From Lama glama (Eukaryota), in contig CM052816.1 of NCBI GenBank assembly GCA_028534125.1, positions 59,026,001 to 59,090,000 of the forward strand: a DNA stretch of 64,000 nucleotides, in the 5' to 3' direction. This document shows positions 50,709 to 63,659 of the stretch, piece by piece. The notes below the pieces were generated by a model. It made no database searches and was not told the DNA's origin. It saw only the letters and a program-made list of their open reading frames with translations. Position 1 is the stretch's first letter. Every line of letters begins with the position of its first letter. The position numbers and the translations under genes are program-made.

Positions 50709-51769
50709 ATGTGGATGGACTTTAAAAGTAAAATCTTGAACCAAAAAAATGAAGTTGCAAAATATTTATACTATAATGTTATGTATTGTTGATGAATACA
50801 TACATATTTACATGTGAGTAGTTCATCTATGTAATATTATTACATGTTACATATATACATTACATATTATATGTATAGTACATATTTTATAATTTGTGAA
50901 ATATTATAAAAACATGAATAGAAGTAAAAGACACCAAATCAAAGACAATACTTCCTTCTGCAGAGGGGAATGTGAGGAGGAGAAGAATGGGATGGGGGCT
51001 TTCACCATATCTGCAATATTTTTTTTCCCTTTAAAGCCCTGAAACTCTAAAGATAGAAGGCAAAATTTTAAGCTTTGACAAAGCTGATTGGTGAGTCCAC
51101 GAATGTTTGTTTTATTTTCTATGCTTTTTGGTATGTTTGAGCCACTTCAGAATTTAAGGAAAAAATTAAGAAGTTTTAGTAAATAGACTGTCTAAGGAAA
51201 ATCTATGATTGTGATCTGATTAAAATTAAAGTTGCAAATCCTTATTTCTGACCAGTGAAAGCCAACTTTCATAGACCATGGGGCTTAGCCTGGTGAACTC
51301 TGTCTCAGATTCTACAGAGACTCTCAGAGGACAGTTAGAGGAACACAAATAAATCAAATATACCAAGAGTAATCAGAGGAGATCTCGTTAGTCTGTCTTC
51401 TCTGGTGATTTTAAGGGTTGGATGGGGGAAAGATTGTTGGTTCAGGGAAAACCTCAGATCAGGAACTTCTAAGAAGATTCAGCAACCTGCACAGCACAGT
51501 CCAAGGCTTCTCTGTCACTGCTCCCAGGGTCAAGCTTCCTACTGTTCACGTTACCCCCCTGCATCCCAGTGTCTCTGTGGGCTCATTAACACGTCGCTCT
51601 AGGTGTGTCCTGGTCAAGAAGTTATGAAGCTGTGACATTCTAGGCCTTCCTGTTATAGAAGGAGCATGGAGGCATCCTGGTGAGAACATCCCCTGTCTGC
51701 TCAGTGGAAATGGAAAGATGGAGCTGTGCTGGGAGGACTGGGGACCAGAGCCGTGATGAGGGAAACCTT

Positions 51770-52135
51770 GACAAGCCTCAGAGCTGAAAGGAACCTTAGA
51801 GACCATTGACTTAGTCTTTTGCATGTGTGTGTGCAAACTGTTTGTTGCAACAGAATTATGTAAAGAAGGTGATCATGAAATTGCTTTGGTTAGAGCAAAT
51901 GAGGGCGCCCCAAGGACCAGTCCTCCTGCCCTCTCTTCTCACTCACATCCTCAACAGCCCCGACCAGGCCCTAGGAAGCATGTGGTGTAAAACACTGGTT
52001 CACATCCAAGCTCTTCTTTTGACACAGGAGGATACTGACGTCTAGCGGGATGCTGTGATTTGCTCAAGGTCACACTCAGCTGGTGGAGGTAGAGCCCTTT
52101 CACTCTTGCCAGTATTCTTTCAACCTCACCCTTCG
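51770..52135 (-). mobile_element. MIR fragments
   Basis: cagagctgaaaggaaccttagagaccatt and acaggaggatactgacgtctagcgggatgctgtgatttgctcaaggtcacac. Confidence 0.65.
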
Positions 52136-52589
52136 AGCAGTTTCTTGGTTTTCTTGTAATTGAGCCAGTATCAGCAGACTATATTGATTTGTTTTTAATT
52201 TCTTTGTATGTTTATTCATTCTCTATTCATTCTCTATATTCTAGATAAAAAGAGAAACACTCAAAATTGTCTTTTTATCAATCCATGATATTACCATCCT
52301 GCTATGTTACCTTTTATTTCACTGAGCTCCATGTGAAGGAATCAGAGTTAATTCTTAAGTGTCATAATGATGGAGGAGGGAAGAGGGATCCAGACTAATT
52401 CCTGGTGAGGGAGCTAGGAGATCAGTGTTAAGGAGAGGAATGTCTCACTCTGCCTGTTCTCCCCAAGCAGCTCTCTTCTAAACCCCACTCATTTAGATAA
52501 TAATTTGGTTTCTCAAGCTGCATTTTTAAAATGCCCACATCTTCCCTCCAGGTAAAACCCATTGATCACTTACACCACAAAGTGAATAT

Positions 52590-52825
52590 TAATGATGTTT
52601 CTTGTGCACTTTCTACATGCCAGGCACTATGCTAAGTGCTTCTCATGCATTATCTTATATAATCCACATAATAATGGTCTGAAGTATATACAACTATTAT
52701 CTTCATTTACAGTAGGATTAATGGAGGTTTATAGAGATTAAGTATTTCACCCAAAGCACACAGCTAATAACTAGCAGAGTCAAGATTTGAGTCCAAGCTC
52801 TTAGCGGTTATGCTATCCTGCAGTG
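52590..52825 (-). mobile_element. MIR SINE, near full length
   Basis: tacatgccaggcactatgctaagtgcttctcatgcattatcttat...agagattaagtatttcacccaaagcacacagcta. Confidence 0.9.
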
Positions 52826-52974
52826 AACTGTTTGATACCCAACTGCCCAGTTAGGGAATGGGTGTTTCACTGGGTGTGTGGAAGAAGGGGTAATTAATTA
52901 CAGAGCAGATGGGCATGGCTGGGTGTGGCTTTCCTCTCCATTTTACAATATGGCTTAAGTTGCTTCTGTACTGA

Positions 52975-53284
52975 TTTTTTTTAATTGAAGTATCATCAAT
53001 TACAATGTGTCAATTTCTGGTGTACAGCATAGTGTTTCAGTCATACATATACAGACATATATTCATTTTCATATTCTTTTTCATTATAGGTTACTACAAG
53101 ATATTGAATAGAGTTCACTGTGTTATACAGGAAAATTTATTTTTTATCTATTTTATATATAGTCGTTAATATTTGCAAATCTCAAACTCCCAATTTATCA
53201 TTTCCCACCCCCTTTCCTCCTGGTAACCGCAAATCTGTTTACTATGTCTGTGAGCCTGTTTCTGCTTTGAGATAAACTCAGTCT
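52975..53284 (-). mobile_element. Young L1 3' UTR insertion with TSD
   Basis: ttaattgaagtatcatcaattacaatgtgtcaatttctgg. TSD tactgatttt (52969) / tattgatttt (53285). Confidence 0.93.
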
Positions 53285-53639
53285 TATTGATTTTGATTAG
53301 AGATTCCCAAGAATAAGTAAAGCCTAAAAGTAGAAGATTCATCTAAATATCACCAAATTGTAAGAACACAAAACTGTATGTAAAGTGTAAGATTTGCTGT
53401 AAAACACTGACATGAATGAGAGCCTAATTTCTGGAGGAGCTATATGTTATTAGCACTGATTTTCCTTTTTGCCTTTGTAGACTCAATTCTTAGTCAGCTT
53501 TATAGTGAGAATTGACTGTTAAGGACATTTAAGTAATACAAAATTTAATTACTGATTGTCTATTTCAAAGAGAGGTAAACTGACTATTTGAAATAATACT
53601 TAAAAAATATTTTTGCAAATGGTGTCAGTTTTCATATCA

Positions 53640-54100
53640 TTCAAATTCATTTGCAAGAAACAGACTACCAAACTCAAATGGGCTTAAACAGCAAGGATAT
53701 TTGTTAGGTCTTACAGCAGGCAGTTTGGAAATAGAGTAGGCTTTATGTTTGATTGATTCAGTGATTCAAATGTCAAAGGTCAGGTTCTCTCCATCTCTTC
53801 ATTCTGTCTTAAGCTTTGGTTTCATTTTTGGGTTGGTTTTCCTGTGTTCACAAAATGGCTGCCAGCAACATTTAGGGATACAAGCCTGCTTATTCACATA
53901 CAGTGAAGAAGAGGAAGCCGGCTGCTTCTTACTTTCCCCTAAGAACAAAGAAGACCGTTCCCAGAAACCTCCTTTCCTTCTCACTGGCCAGAATCAAGGG
54001 TCTCATGATGATATCTAAGCTAGTCTCTGGAAAATGGGTTGAGATTACTCCTAGGCAGCCTGGCCCATCTCTTCAAATGAGTTTGTTCCCTCAGACACCA
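53640..54100 (-). mobile_element. MLT1K/L-like MaLR solo LTR
   Basis: ttgcaagaaacagactaccaaactcaaatgggcttaaacagcaaggatatttgtt...caaaatggctgccagca...tctcactggccagaat. Confidence 0.75.
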
Positions 54101-56522
54101 TTGCTTTTTCTCCATAAGAGAGAAGTGAAATGTATGTCATAGATGAACCACAATCCCCAGTGTAGAATTTGCCTACACCAGATGGGTACCATGATTCATT
54201 GACATATCCAAGAGACATGTATTAAATATCTGCCATCTGCTCAGAACCAAGTGAGTCTAAAGAAAAGTTACACATGAATACATTTTCCTATTAGGTGACA
54301 AAAATGACAAACTGTGGCTCATGCCCCTTCTGTTTTCTCCTCCTTACACTTCGGTGTCAGCACTCAACAAAAATCCCAACACAGCCAAAGACTGGACTAA
54401 AGATGGAAACTAAGCCCAAATTAGTGGCTCCAAAACAAGGAAACTGGCCAAATTCAGCCAACCAGTTAGTTACTAATTATTAAACACAATCCTTTGGAAG
54501 ACTCAATCTTTTTTTTTTTTTTTGTATAGATCAACTTCCCTTTATCAGGTGACAGCTGACTCTGACTTAAGCTTTAACTCTGGAGAACACTGGCTATGCA
54601 TCTCTATAGCCCACAACTCATCAGTCTGACAGCTAGAAACCCTACTCTTAGGCTGAGTGTGTTACATACTTAAATCTTTTCTATTTAGAGGGGTGGGAGA
54701 AGGGCTCAAAAATTCTTACATGCACAGCTTAGCGTGCCCTATGTTGGTAAAATAATTTCATTTGTCAGTATGAAATACCTTCAGAAGCACTTCCCTTGAA
54801 AGTGATTGAGATATGAGAGCTGGGAACAAGTTACGAGTTGTCTTATACTGTGGTTTAGCAAGATTTGAAGTTGGTCAAATAAACAATTTTAACTCTCTCT
54901 CTCTCTCTTTTTTTTTTTTTAAAAACAGCCTAGCTGACTGCACCTGCCTCTTTATTAACCGCAGAAAAGTGAAAACCTAGCAACATGAAATTAAATCTTT
55001 TTCTGCTTTGGCACCAGTATGCCCATGGAGAGTGCTAAAGACATGTGGAAGATTTAATGCTTAGGGAAAGCAAAAGATTATTTGCTTCTGCCCCAGCAAC
55101 AGAGCTATTCTCAGAGCTCTGATTGCTTAAGAGAGGCACGGCACAGGCACAGCTTCCCTTTCTATCTCTTGCTTAGACTTCTAAATTCTTGTTAGTTTAT
55201 TTATTTGTCAAAGAGAAGATGGCATGGTCTAGAACAGTGCTTTTTGAGTTTGTTCTTCTGGGTGACTCACAGGCTGATCACTAATAGTATTTGTGTTTAT
55301 AAAGAGATGATAATCTACATTTCTGCTTTTGACATTATTTTATTGTTGAACTCCTAGTTCATAAAACCCAAGAAGCATCTTATTCTAATTCCAGCCAGGG
55401 TTTGATGGTGGAAGTGAATAGAGAGGTGGGGAGCAGAGAGATATGAAAGTAGGTGACCTGTGGTTTATTTTGTTGTGCCAAAATGGCAATGTGGGCTTTG
55501 GCTTGCCACAGTCCTAAACGCACGTGACTTTGCAGAGCTCAGCCTCTCCCCCTTCAAATGGCTTTATATTTGATGACTTTTGTTTCCCACAAATATTAGA
55601 CACCAACTCCCCAAACTATTCTGTACTGCCCCACACGTCTCTTACCATGCAAGCCTTTATCCCAGTCTAAGCATGGATCTCACCTGTGTCAGAGTATTTC
55701 ATATACAAAGTTTAAGACCCACTACTCTAGAACTGTCTGAATACTCTGAATACACTGAAGAATGAGATTAGTGGCCAATTGGGAGAGCAAAACAAGTAGT
55801 TGAGGCTGCTTCCCACCTGTCTCCATAACTGGCCTTTTTTTTTTTTAAACATCAAGGACTTGGTGAGTTGTAGACATGCCCTCCCCATTGTTCTTCAACC
55901 CAGTAAATGGAATATCATCAGTATCATCCACTCTGTTTATTTGTTTATTTTTCTCCTTTTTCAATTTTATTCGGTAGAATCCACTCTTTGTTTAGATTAG
56001 AAACATGGGAGTACTCCGTAATGCTTCCTTTTTTGTTAATCCTCACATCTAATTCATTCTGAAATCCTGTCATCCTCCCAACAAAATACAGAGAATGCGT
56101 CAACGTCTGTAGTCAACGTCCTAGCACAAGCCACCATCATCTCTAATCCTCAGGAATTTTCTCTCGTTTCTTTGGTTCAGTTATTAGTTGTCTATAATCC
56201 ATTCTCCATCTTGAGGCTAGAATTTTCTTTTAAAAATACAAATCAGAGTATGCTGATCCCCTTCATAAATCTCTCTTTTGTTCCCTAGTACTCTGAATAA
56301 AATCCAACTCCTTACTACAATCTCCTAAGCCCTGCTTGATCTAGATTTTCCTAACTCCTTCAATTTCTCTGTTGCCTCCAATCACTATGCCCAGAGTTGT
56401 TACCCTTGTTTTGCTTTTTTTTTTTTTCCCCTGTACCTGGAAATTTTCTTCAACTCTTCACATGGTTTTAGCTTAAAAGTAACTTCCCCCAGAGGCATTC
56501 TTTGATTGTCCTTCCAAAGTGG

Positions 56523-57385
56523 TGTGGTAGTTACTACAGACTGGGTTGTTTAACATCCATTCAGAATCGCTTTTCCTGTGCCAAGACAGCAAAACTAAAG
56601 TTCACATTTCCCAAACTTTCTTGGAACTTGGATCCTAGAAATGATTTTGTTTCCAGGAACAAAGTGCAGGGTACCCATTTAGTGGTTCACAAGGTCTCCA
56701 TTTTGGTGGGACCAAACATTATTTTGTTGCCAAGGACTCTGGCAGCAGTGGTATGATTCTGGAGCAAGCAGTTGTAGCTATGGCTACAATGTGTAGCAGC
56801 AAAGGGCAGCTTCCTGATTCTGTGGCTCTGCAGCAGCTGTTTTAATTGCATTGGGGGCTGGAATGGTTCTGTAGTCAGCAGGGGTGTAGTGCTTTCTTAA
56901 TAGAATAGCCTCTTTTTTTAATTGAAGTACAGTTAATTTATAATGTATTAGTTTCTGGTGTACAGCATAGTGATTCAGTTTTATATAGATAAATATAGAT
57001 ATATATATAGATATATATTCTTTTTCAGATTCTTATACATTATAGGTTATTACAAGATATTGAATATAGTTCCCTGTTATACAGTGTGACCTTGTCTTTT
57101 ATCTGTTTTATATATAGTAGTGTGTATCTGTTAATCCCAAACTCCTAATTTATTCCTCTCCCTGGGTTTTCCCCTTTGGTAACAATAAATTTCTTTTCTG
57201 TGTTGCAACAGCTTCTTATGACAGATTATGCAGAGGCTAGGGATTGTTTAAGGGGTCAGTCTAAAACTTGCTCTTCCAACCATCTTAACAATTTTATAAT
57301 CACGGAATTTGCTTTATAGAATCTCTTTCTGTTTAAACCAGCTAGAGTGTATTCTGCTGTCTGCAATGAAATCTGGATCAATGCA
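56523..57385 (+). mobile_element. LTR33-like ERV-L solo LTR interrupted by a young L1
   Basis: TG...CA ends, aacatccattc, aaactaaagttcacatttccca, gcttcctgatt, and aatctctttctgtttaaaccagctagagtg. 5-bp flanks agtgg (56518) / agtgc (57386). Confidence 0.8.
56913..57206 (-). mobile_element. Young L1 3' UTR insertion with TSD
   Basis: ttttaattgaagtacagttaatttataatg. TSD aatagcctctt (56904) / aacagcttctt (57207). Confidence 0.93.
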
Positions 57386-58159
57386 AGTGCCTTCCACGAG
57401 TTACTCTTTAGCTCATCTTTTAATTTTTTTCCTTCACCCTTATAACTTAAACTATTCATGTATTGGCTTTCTCCATTACAATACAAGCTTCCTGAGGATG
57501 GGGCCTTATCTGTCTGCTTCACTGCTCTGTCCCCAGCGCCTAGGACAGCTCTTGATGCATGGGAGGTGTTTCATAACCATTTGTTACATGAATGAGTGGG
57601 CCCTAGGCACTTGCAGAGGTATTCTACACTATACCCGGGCAATCTTAGTAGCAGGGGCTTTTGCTGTGCAGCTTCAGTCTTTCATTTGACTCACCATTTG
57701 TTTCTGGTTCAGCTCCAATTTAGTTCTTCTGACTCAGCAATGGAAACATGCACTTCTGATGATGACAGAGTGAGTCCTTAAATTCTCTAAAAGCTCTACA
57801 TTAGGAAGCTTCTGCTAAGTGATGCCTTGTACCACCACCAGCAGAGCAGGGCTTATCTGGATTTCATTATCAATGGTGTCAAGCAGCAGGACAGAGACTG
57901 GTAAAGGAGGACCAGCCCAGCTCGGCCATTGCAGGCCTCTCTTGCTTGAAAGATTATTTCACAAACAATACCAAGTCGGGACCCTCTCCTTCTGAAAGAT
58001 TATCCCATCCATTCTGGTTGCTTGCATTATTTGCCTTTCCCTTTGTCTATTTCCAGATGATACAAAGGTCCAGAAATGTATATTGTCTTTTTGCTTTGTT
58101 TTTAGCAAACTAAGAAGTTAGGTTCTCAGCATAAAATGTTGAATAATAGATTATTTGCC

Positions 58160-58265
58160 TAAAATAATCTCTGCCTTACTCAATTTTTCATCCTCTGCTT
58201 AGTACAGAATCTTGTACGTAATGGATGCTCGATAAATGTTTGAAGAATGATCGAATGAGTGAATC
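58160..58265 (+). mobile_element. L2 3' end
   Basis: cttagtacagaatcttgtacgtaatggatgctcgataaatgtttgaagaatgatcgaatgagtgaat. Confidence 0.75.
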
Positions 58266-59239
58266 ATCCTAGCTTTGTGCTTTAAAAAAAAAACTGGCAA
58301 AAGGTTAATATATGCAGAAAAGACTCAGTATATGAGAAAAAAAAATCCCACATATGACTTTGATTCTATTCAAATGTGTTCCTGCAGTTAGGCAAGATTT
58401 CATTAACATTTTCTCCACATCATGCCTGCTGAATATCATCGCAAGACTTAGTTGACAAATGCCATTCACAAACCACATCCCCGAACCTAAGAGGGTGTCT
58501 GGCCACATGAGGGACTTCCTCTTCACAATTCTGATACAAAGAAGACAGCAAATGTCAAATGTTCTTTTTCAGAACCTGCATACAGAATGATCTGCTTTTC
58601 CAAGGTCAGGGCAAGCACCCACTTTACTTTGCATTCATGAGCAAGATTGCTGGCTGGCGACAGGTAACCTTCAGAGAGAGAGGCTGTCATTAGCAGAAGG
58701 GCACAGGCTGGGAATTGAATCTTCCTAAAAAAGACACATCTGCCGGCTGGCAGGGGAAGGAGCTCATGTCAGGGCAGGCGACTAACTGGCAGTGGAGGGA
58801 GGCTGGTTACTGATTAAGCTGGGCAAGACATTTTAAAAGCAAAGAGTACTCCCCAAATTGAGATTAGGCAGGCTCTCGCAGCTGCAGCCGGGCAGGGAGT
58901 GGGGAGTGAGTGGGTGGAAAAGGGTGAGGTCAGGAAAAGGACAGGGATGAGTATGCCCTTGGCTTGGTGGGAGGAAGCAGTCTCGCAGGGGGTGGCCAGG
59001 CCAGAGACAGGTAATGTCTATCTTGAGGGCAGAAATTCCTGTCCTTGAAGTTGAAACATTTGGTGGCTTTGCCAGCTGTCTCAAAGGGCAATGTGAGATT
59101 CCCAGACCCAGGTGGTTTCCAGGTCTCTTGGCTAATACATAGATCATACATCTACCTTCGAGTACCTTTTGGAGGCTGAATATTTCCCCTTACCAAATGC
59201 CTGGGAGTCGCTGCCGTGGTTGCCTTTTTTTTAAAAACA

Positions 59240-59420
59240 TATTTACCGTGTAACAAACCTTAAGTTATGTGGTTTGCAGATATTATATAATTGAATTGAC
59301 TCCTCACAACCTGATGAGATAGGTGTATTCATCCCATTTTGGAGATGATGCTCCTGAGGCTCAGGGAGGTTGAACAACTTGTTCCATGACACAGAGCTGG
59401 AAAGTGACAGACTTTCCCAG
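59240..59420 (-). mobile_element. MIR SINE
   Basis: tcctcacaacctgatgagataggtgtattcatcccattttggagatgatgctcctgaggctcagggaggttgaacaacttg. Confidence 0.9.
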
Positions 59421-61299
59421 AATGAAAGCAATTCTGTCCCTGTCTTGGGGAATGAGTCCTTCATGGTTCTGTGCCAACCGCAGAAGATTTAAAAGATATT
59501 TGGCCCTAAGGCGTGCTATTTTCCATAATTGGGAACTAACTGTACATTATCGCTCTTGTGTCCCTCAGTTTATTTTATTAATTATAGGTCAATCAAAGGT
59601 TTTTTTTCCCCCAGATTCAATTGAATGAAACAAAATGTGAACTGGCTATAGGATGGGCAGCGAGCTCACAAGGAGTGGGCAGCTAGCTTATAAAATGCTA
59701 GCGTCAAAGCTGCAACCTCTCCTGTCTTCCCCTCGCCCTGGCCACCCTCCCTGACACCTGAAATTCCCTGGAGCAGAACCACTGGTTTAGGTGAGAGTTC
59801 TCAGTCCCTGCTGAGATGTCAGTTTGTTTCCTCTGAGGACTGATGTATGGATAGTGACATTATTAATGCTTCCCCTGTATATATTGATTTCCCTCCTTTG
59901 ATTTTCTCAACAAACCATCAGGCAACTGTGCTCTCTTAGCCTAGGTTAGTGTATCAGAATAGACAGTACTGAGCAAAGCCCTGAGGGGATGGAACGTAGG
60001 ACAGGTTTGTTTGGATGTTAAGAAAGATGATCAGGAGAGGTTATCAGAAAAGGTCAGGAGCATTAGACCCTGTCCCTTGGGGGTGGATCCTGATAGATGT
60101 GAAAGTAGCCAGAGACCAGCATCAAGGGTTGAGTATCCCAGGAAGCGAGGATGAGACCATGGAGAGTTGTGAAGCTAAAATGTGAAGACTGTATGTAAAG
60201 GAGAATCCATAGGCAATTTCATGTATTTAAATTTCTATTTTTTTTTTTAGATAAGATTTATCGGGTGTACCACTCAATGATTACATTGTATCACAGAAGT
60301 AAACCATAGCTCTTAACAGTTTTACCTTGGCAGTCCTAGAGCACAGAGGAGATGTGGGGAGAGAGGATGAGAAATGGGAGGAGGATCATGGAGTTGATAA
60401 GCACATTTCTCATGCCAGAATTGGGACAGGGCACGGTGTTGCCAGCTTCGCCTCACAGGCTCTTTCCCCAGGAGATCAGAGATCCCAGATGGGCTTGGAA
60501 GGCACTCACGGATGCCTGACCATGGCGTGAGCTGTGCCGACACGCCTGCCTCCCCTGGAGATGGGCCTGGGCATGGCCCCCCAATGGGAAATTCCAGGAC
60601 CTCTGACCCACTCCACTCTTCCCAAACTGGAGAGCTTCTGATGCTTTCCGGCATCTTCCTCTTCTCCAACTTCTCCTGACACTCCACCCAATCTTACAGC
60701 TCTCTGAGAGCTTACTGTTCCCTTAGGACTGGTGCCAATAAGGGCAGGGTATTAAAGACCAGTCATATCCCCCTTCTCCGGGGTCTCCTCCCCGTATGCT
60801 GGTAAAGGCCGTGCGGGCCCAGGAGGATTTGTCAATTCAGCAAAGTCTGGTTTTCATTTCCTCTGTTCCTCCTGCTGTGTTTCAATCCAGCCAAGTGTCT
60901 TGTGCCCTCATTTCCTCTCTCTCAGCCCCATCGCTACCCTCCCCTACTATTTCCTGTATTCTGGTCCTAGACCACCCCCTGCTGTGAATCATTCTCCTCT
61001 TCCTTTTTAGCCTCCTTTTCCAAACTGACCTGTCCTAGGTCTCATTGTTTCAGGACCTGTTCTCATGTGGGTGATACCTGGTTGTCCAGATACATGAAAA
61101 TTTACCAGTTTGTGGGCTACCTAATATGTTACTTCTTCCTGATAAGCAGCACCTTCGAACATGTTAAGATAGACCTTTGTATGTATAAGAAGCCTTCCCA
61201 GGAGTAACTAATGGGAAATGAACAATCAGCAACCAAACGGGGAGACTTCTTAGTCATTGATCCCCTTCCCAGGGGATTCAGCCGCCCCTTCTTTGTCTG

Positions 61300-61510
61300 T
61301 GTGTGATGGGCTCTGGGACAGAGGTCTGGAAGCCTAGACTTGCACTTCATCTTGGCACCTAGCTGTAAACCTCCCTGGAGACTCCAGGGTCTCCATCTGT
61401 AAAGGAAGTGTTAATAGTGAGAGGGCAATCTCCTGTCTCTAGGTGTGATTTGGGAAAAGGCTACTAAATGATTGCAAAGTACTCTGCAAATACTGAGCAT
61501 TTAGGAAAAG
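61300..61510 (+). mobile_element. MIR SINE
   Basis: tgggctctgggacagaggtctggaagcctagac...ggtctccatctgtaaagg...tgcaaagtactctgcaaat. Confidence 0.7.
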
Positions 61511-63659
61511 CTTAATAAAAGATTTGAATGAAATTTCTCTAGAAGTTTGATGGGAGGTTGAGATGGGTTCCTTGGCAGAGTTCAGTGCTGGAGAGTGAAC
61601 TTCTTGCCATGCATTAGAAAAAAAAAGCACCAAAGGAAGTATTCAGGGCCATTAGATGTTTTCCACCCTGAAAAATACCTGAGCTTGGCAAGTTTGGGGG
61701 ATGATTGCAGCCAGCTATTGTCCAATTTTGTGATGCTATCTTAAGACATCTTAGAGACACATTGTGCTGTGAAGGTTTTTAGGCTGGTAGAGGAGGGGTT
61801 GGTGGGGGACAATCCCAGGATATGACTTGGCTTTTTCATAGAGTTAACTCTGTGGAAAATGCATGCTTCCAGATGTTGGCCTGAATAAATCCTGACCACT
61901 TGCCTTGCTCCAGAAACCACCTAAAATTGGATTTGGTAATATTTACAAGGCAGTACAGAATGTCCCGGGAAAAATTCAATGACACCAAACTGCTCAGGGG
62001 GGCATGTTGACATTTCCATTTTCTCCCAGGTTAGGGTATGAGTGCCTCACATCTGGTGGCCACTTCGGTTTATATGGAAATGAAGATCTTAAATTCCACC
62101 TCTGCACAGTCTTCACTGGGACCCCATAGTCAGCTCTGTACAGCCCAGAGTGAAATCAGGCCCCAGTTTTAGGCAACTGCCTCCAAAGTCATGACCAGGG
62201 TAGGTTTTGGGTTGAGATAGGAACCATGCAGTGTAAATGTGTGTGAAGTGCTTGGCTTGGTACAAGATGAGCAGAATTATCTTCTTTTTTAGGCTTCTAT
62301 GATATCTTCTTTGTGTATCATGACAAGACAGAACAAGAGGACATTGAGCATTTGGCTAAATATTTGCCTCTCCTTTTCTCTTGAGGGCATTCATCAGTGA
62401 GACCCTACTGTGGGTTCTGTCTGTCTGGGCATCATACACACTGAGGAGCAGAGGCAAGGCCAGCCGGCTGCTTCTCTCTGCTCATTGTCATGCTTCCATA
62501 AGCAACTGTTTTTGGGGAAATCATTAATGCTAAGTTCCCTGGGGAAGTACAGAGGGATCTGTACCCTCCATCCAGCTGTATGATCAACTTCTCAGGTCAG
62601 GGAGGCAACTCCAGGCTTGAAAAATTCACTGCTGTTTGCTTTTGATGATTCTGGCAGTTACCTTTTAAAATTTCCTTTACCATTTTTTGGGGGTGCTCTT
62701 TTGGTCCTACCAGTTTCTTTAGGGAGAATATATCTTTAGGATACTGACACACCTTTGACATCGTGTCTTTTTAATCAGGTAGAGGCAATGTGCTCTGAGC
62801 AGTCTTGCTGTAAGAACAGGAGGAGCACCTGTTGCAAGAAGAAGAGGGGTGTTAGAGCTGAAATTTTGATGGTGAAATTGGACTGAGAAAGAAGCACTGA
62901 TGGATGAAGGTAAGAATGAACATTCAAAACCAAAACCTCAGAATCTGTGAGGTGGGATGGCATTCTCAGTCTTTCCACACACAGTTACCACCCCAGTGCA
63001 GCTATAATTTGGGCCATTGGTAGTTGCTAATTCACTGGTAAGGTTTCCACTCTATGCTGAGCCGAGCTCCATGCATTCTGTTCCTCTTTCTGTTGCTTTT
63101 TCATTTTATTCGTGTTCATGCTCAAAATGATTTAGAGGGATGGGAGGTGAGACATACATTTCACAATCATTTGCAAGTTTTGAGGAAATGATGATCTTTT
63201 TTTCATGAAGTTGAGGATGCTAAGCCCCCACCTCCCCATTCCTGGCATATCCTAGTGTAATAGTTCATGGAGAACTCTTGCTGTGAGCAGGAAGGAGGCT
63301 CTGCAGGGGAAAGGAGTAGAAATTCCAGTCTCCTTCATGGAGGGTCGATGGCTCAGACATGGTGAAGGAGGCTTTCTCAAACTCTGTCCCACGGAGACCA
63401 GGCTTTGCCAGACTGGTAAGAGCCAGACACACTTGTCTGAGATGGATGGAAGGATAGAAGAGAAGGCTTTGCCCCAAAGTCACATACTTAACCTGCTTCC
63501 CTGGCACCCTTGGTCCCCTAGTCTGGCCTTTGCCCATAGAGAACTTATAATAAAAGTTTTGGTGGAAATGAAGTTCAACTGTGTGGATTTATCGTACTTA
63601 ACGCATAGGGTCTTGGTTTTATTTTGCTGTTTGGTTGCAGAGCTAATTTAACATTGACA

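Larger units (their letters stand above)
43600..51175 (+). mobile_element. Long, old, fragmented L1M(E-like) element hosting several nested insertions
   Basis: A-rich plus strand with colinear L1 parts: 5'/ORF1-like (43600-45560), ORF2 RT (45620-46478), ORF2 continuation (49495-50196) and 3' end (50709-51175). Confidence 0.8.
55950..57600 (+). mobile_element. L2 3' portion split by an LTR33 insertion
   Basis: cctagcacaagccaccatcatctct and aaatacaaatcagagtatg on the left. aagcttcctgaggatggggccttatctgtctgcttcactgctctgtccccagcgccta...tgttacatgaatgag on the right. Confidence 0.8.

Noticed and set aside
60230..60330. Strong-looking splice acceptor tttttttttttag
   Set aside because: No convincing donor or recognisable reading frame follows.
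62047..62063. CTCF-like motif (minus strand TGGCCACCAGATGTGAG)
   Set aside because: It mismatches the conserved GGC part of the core, so it cannot be supported without ChIP data.
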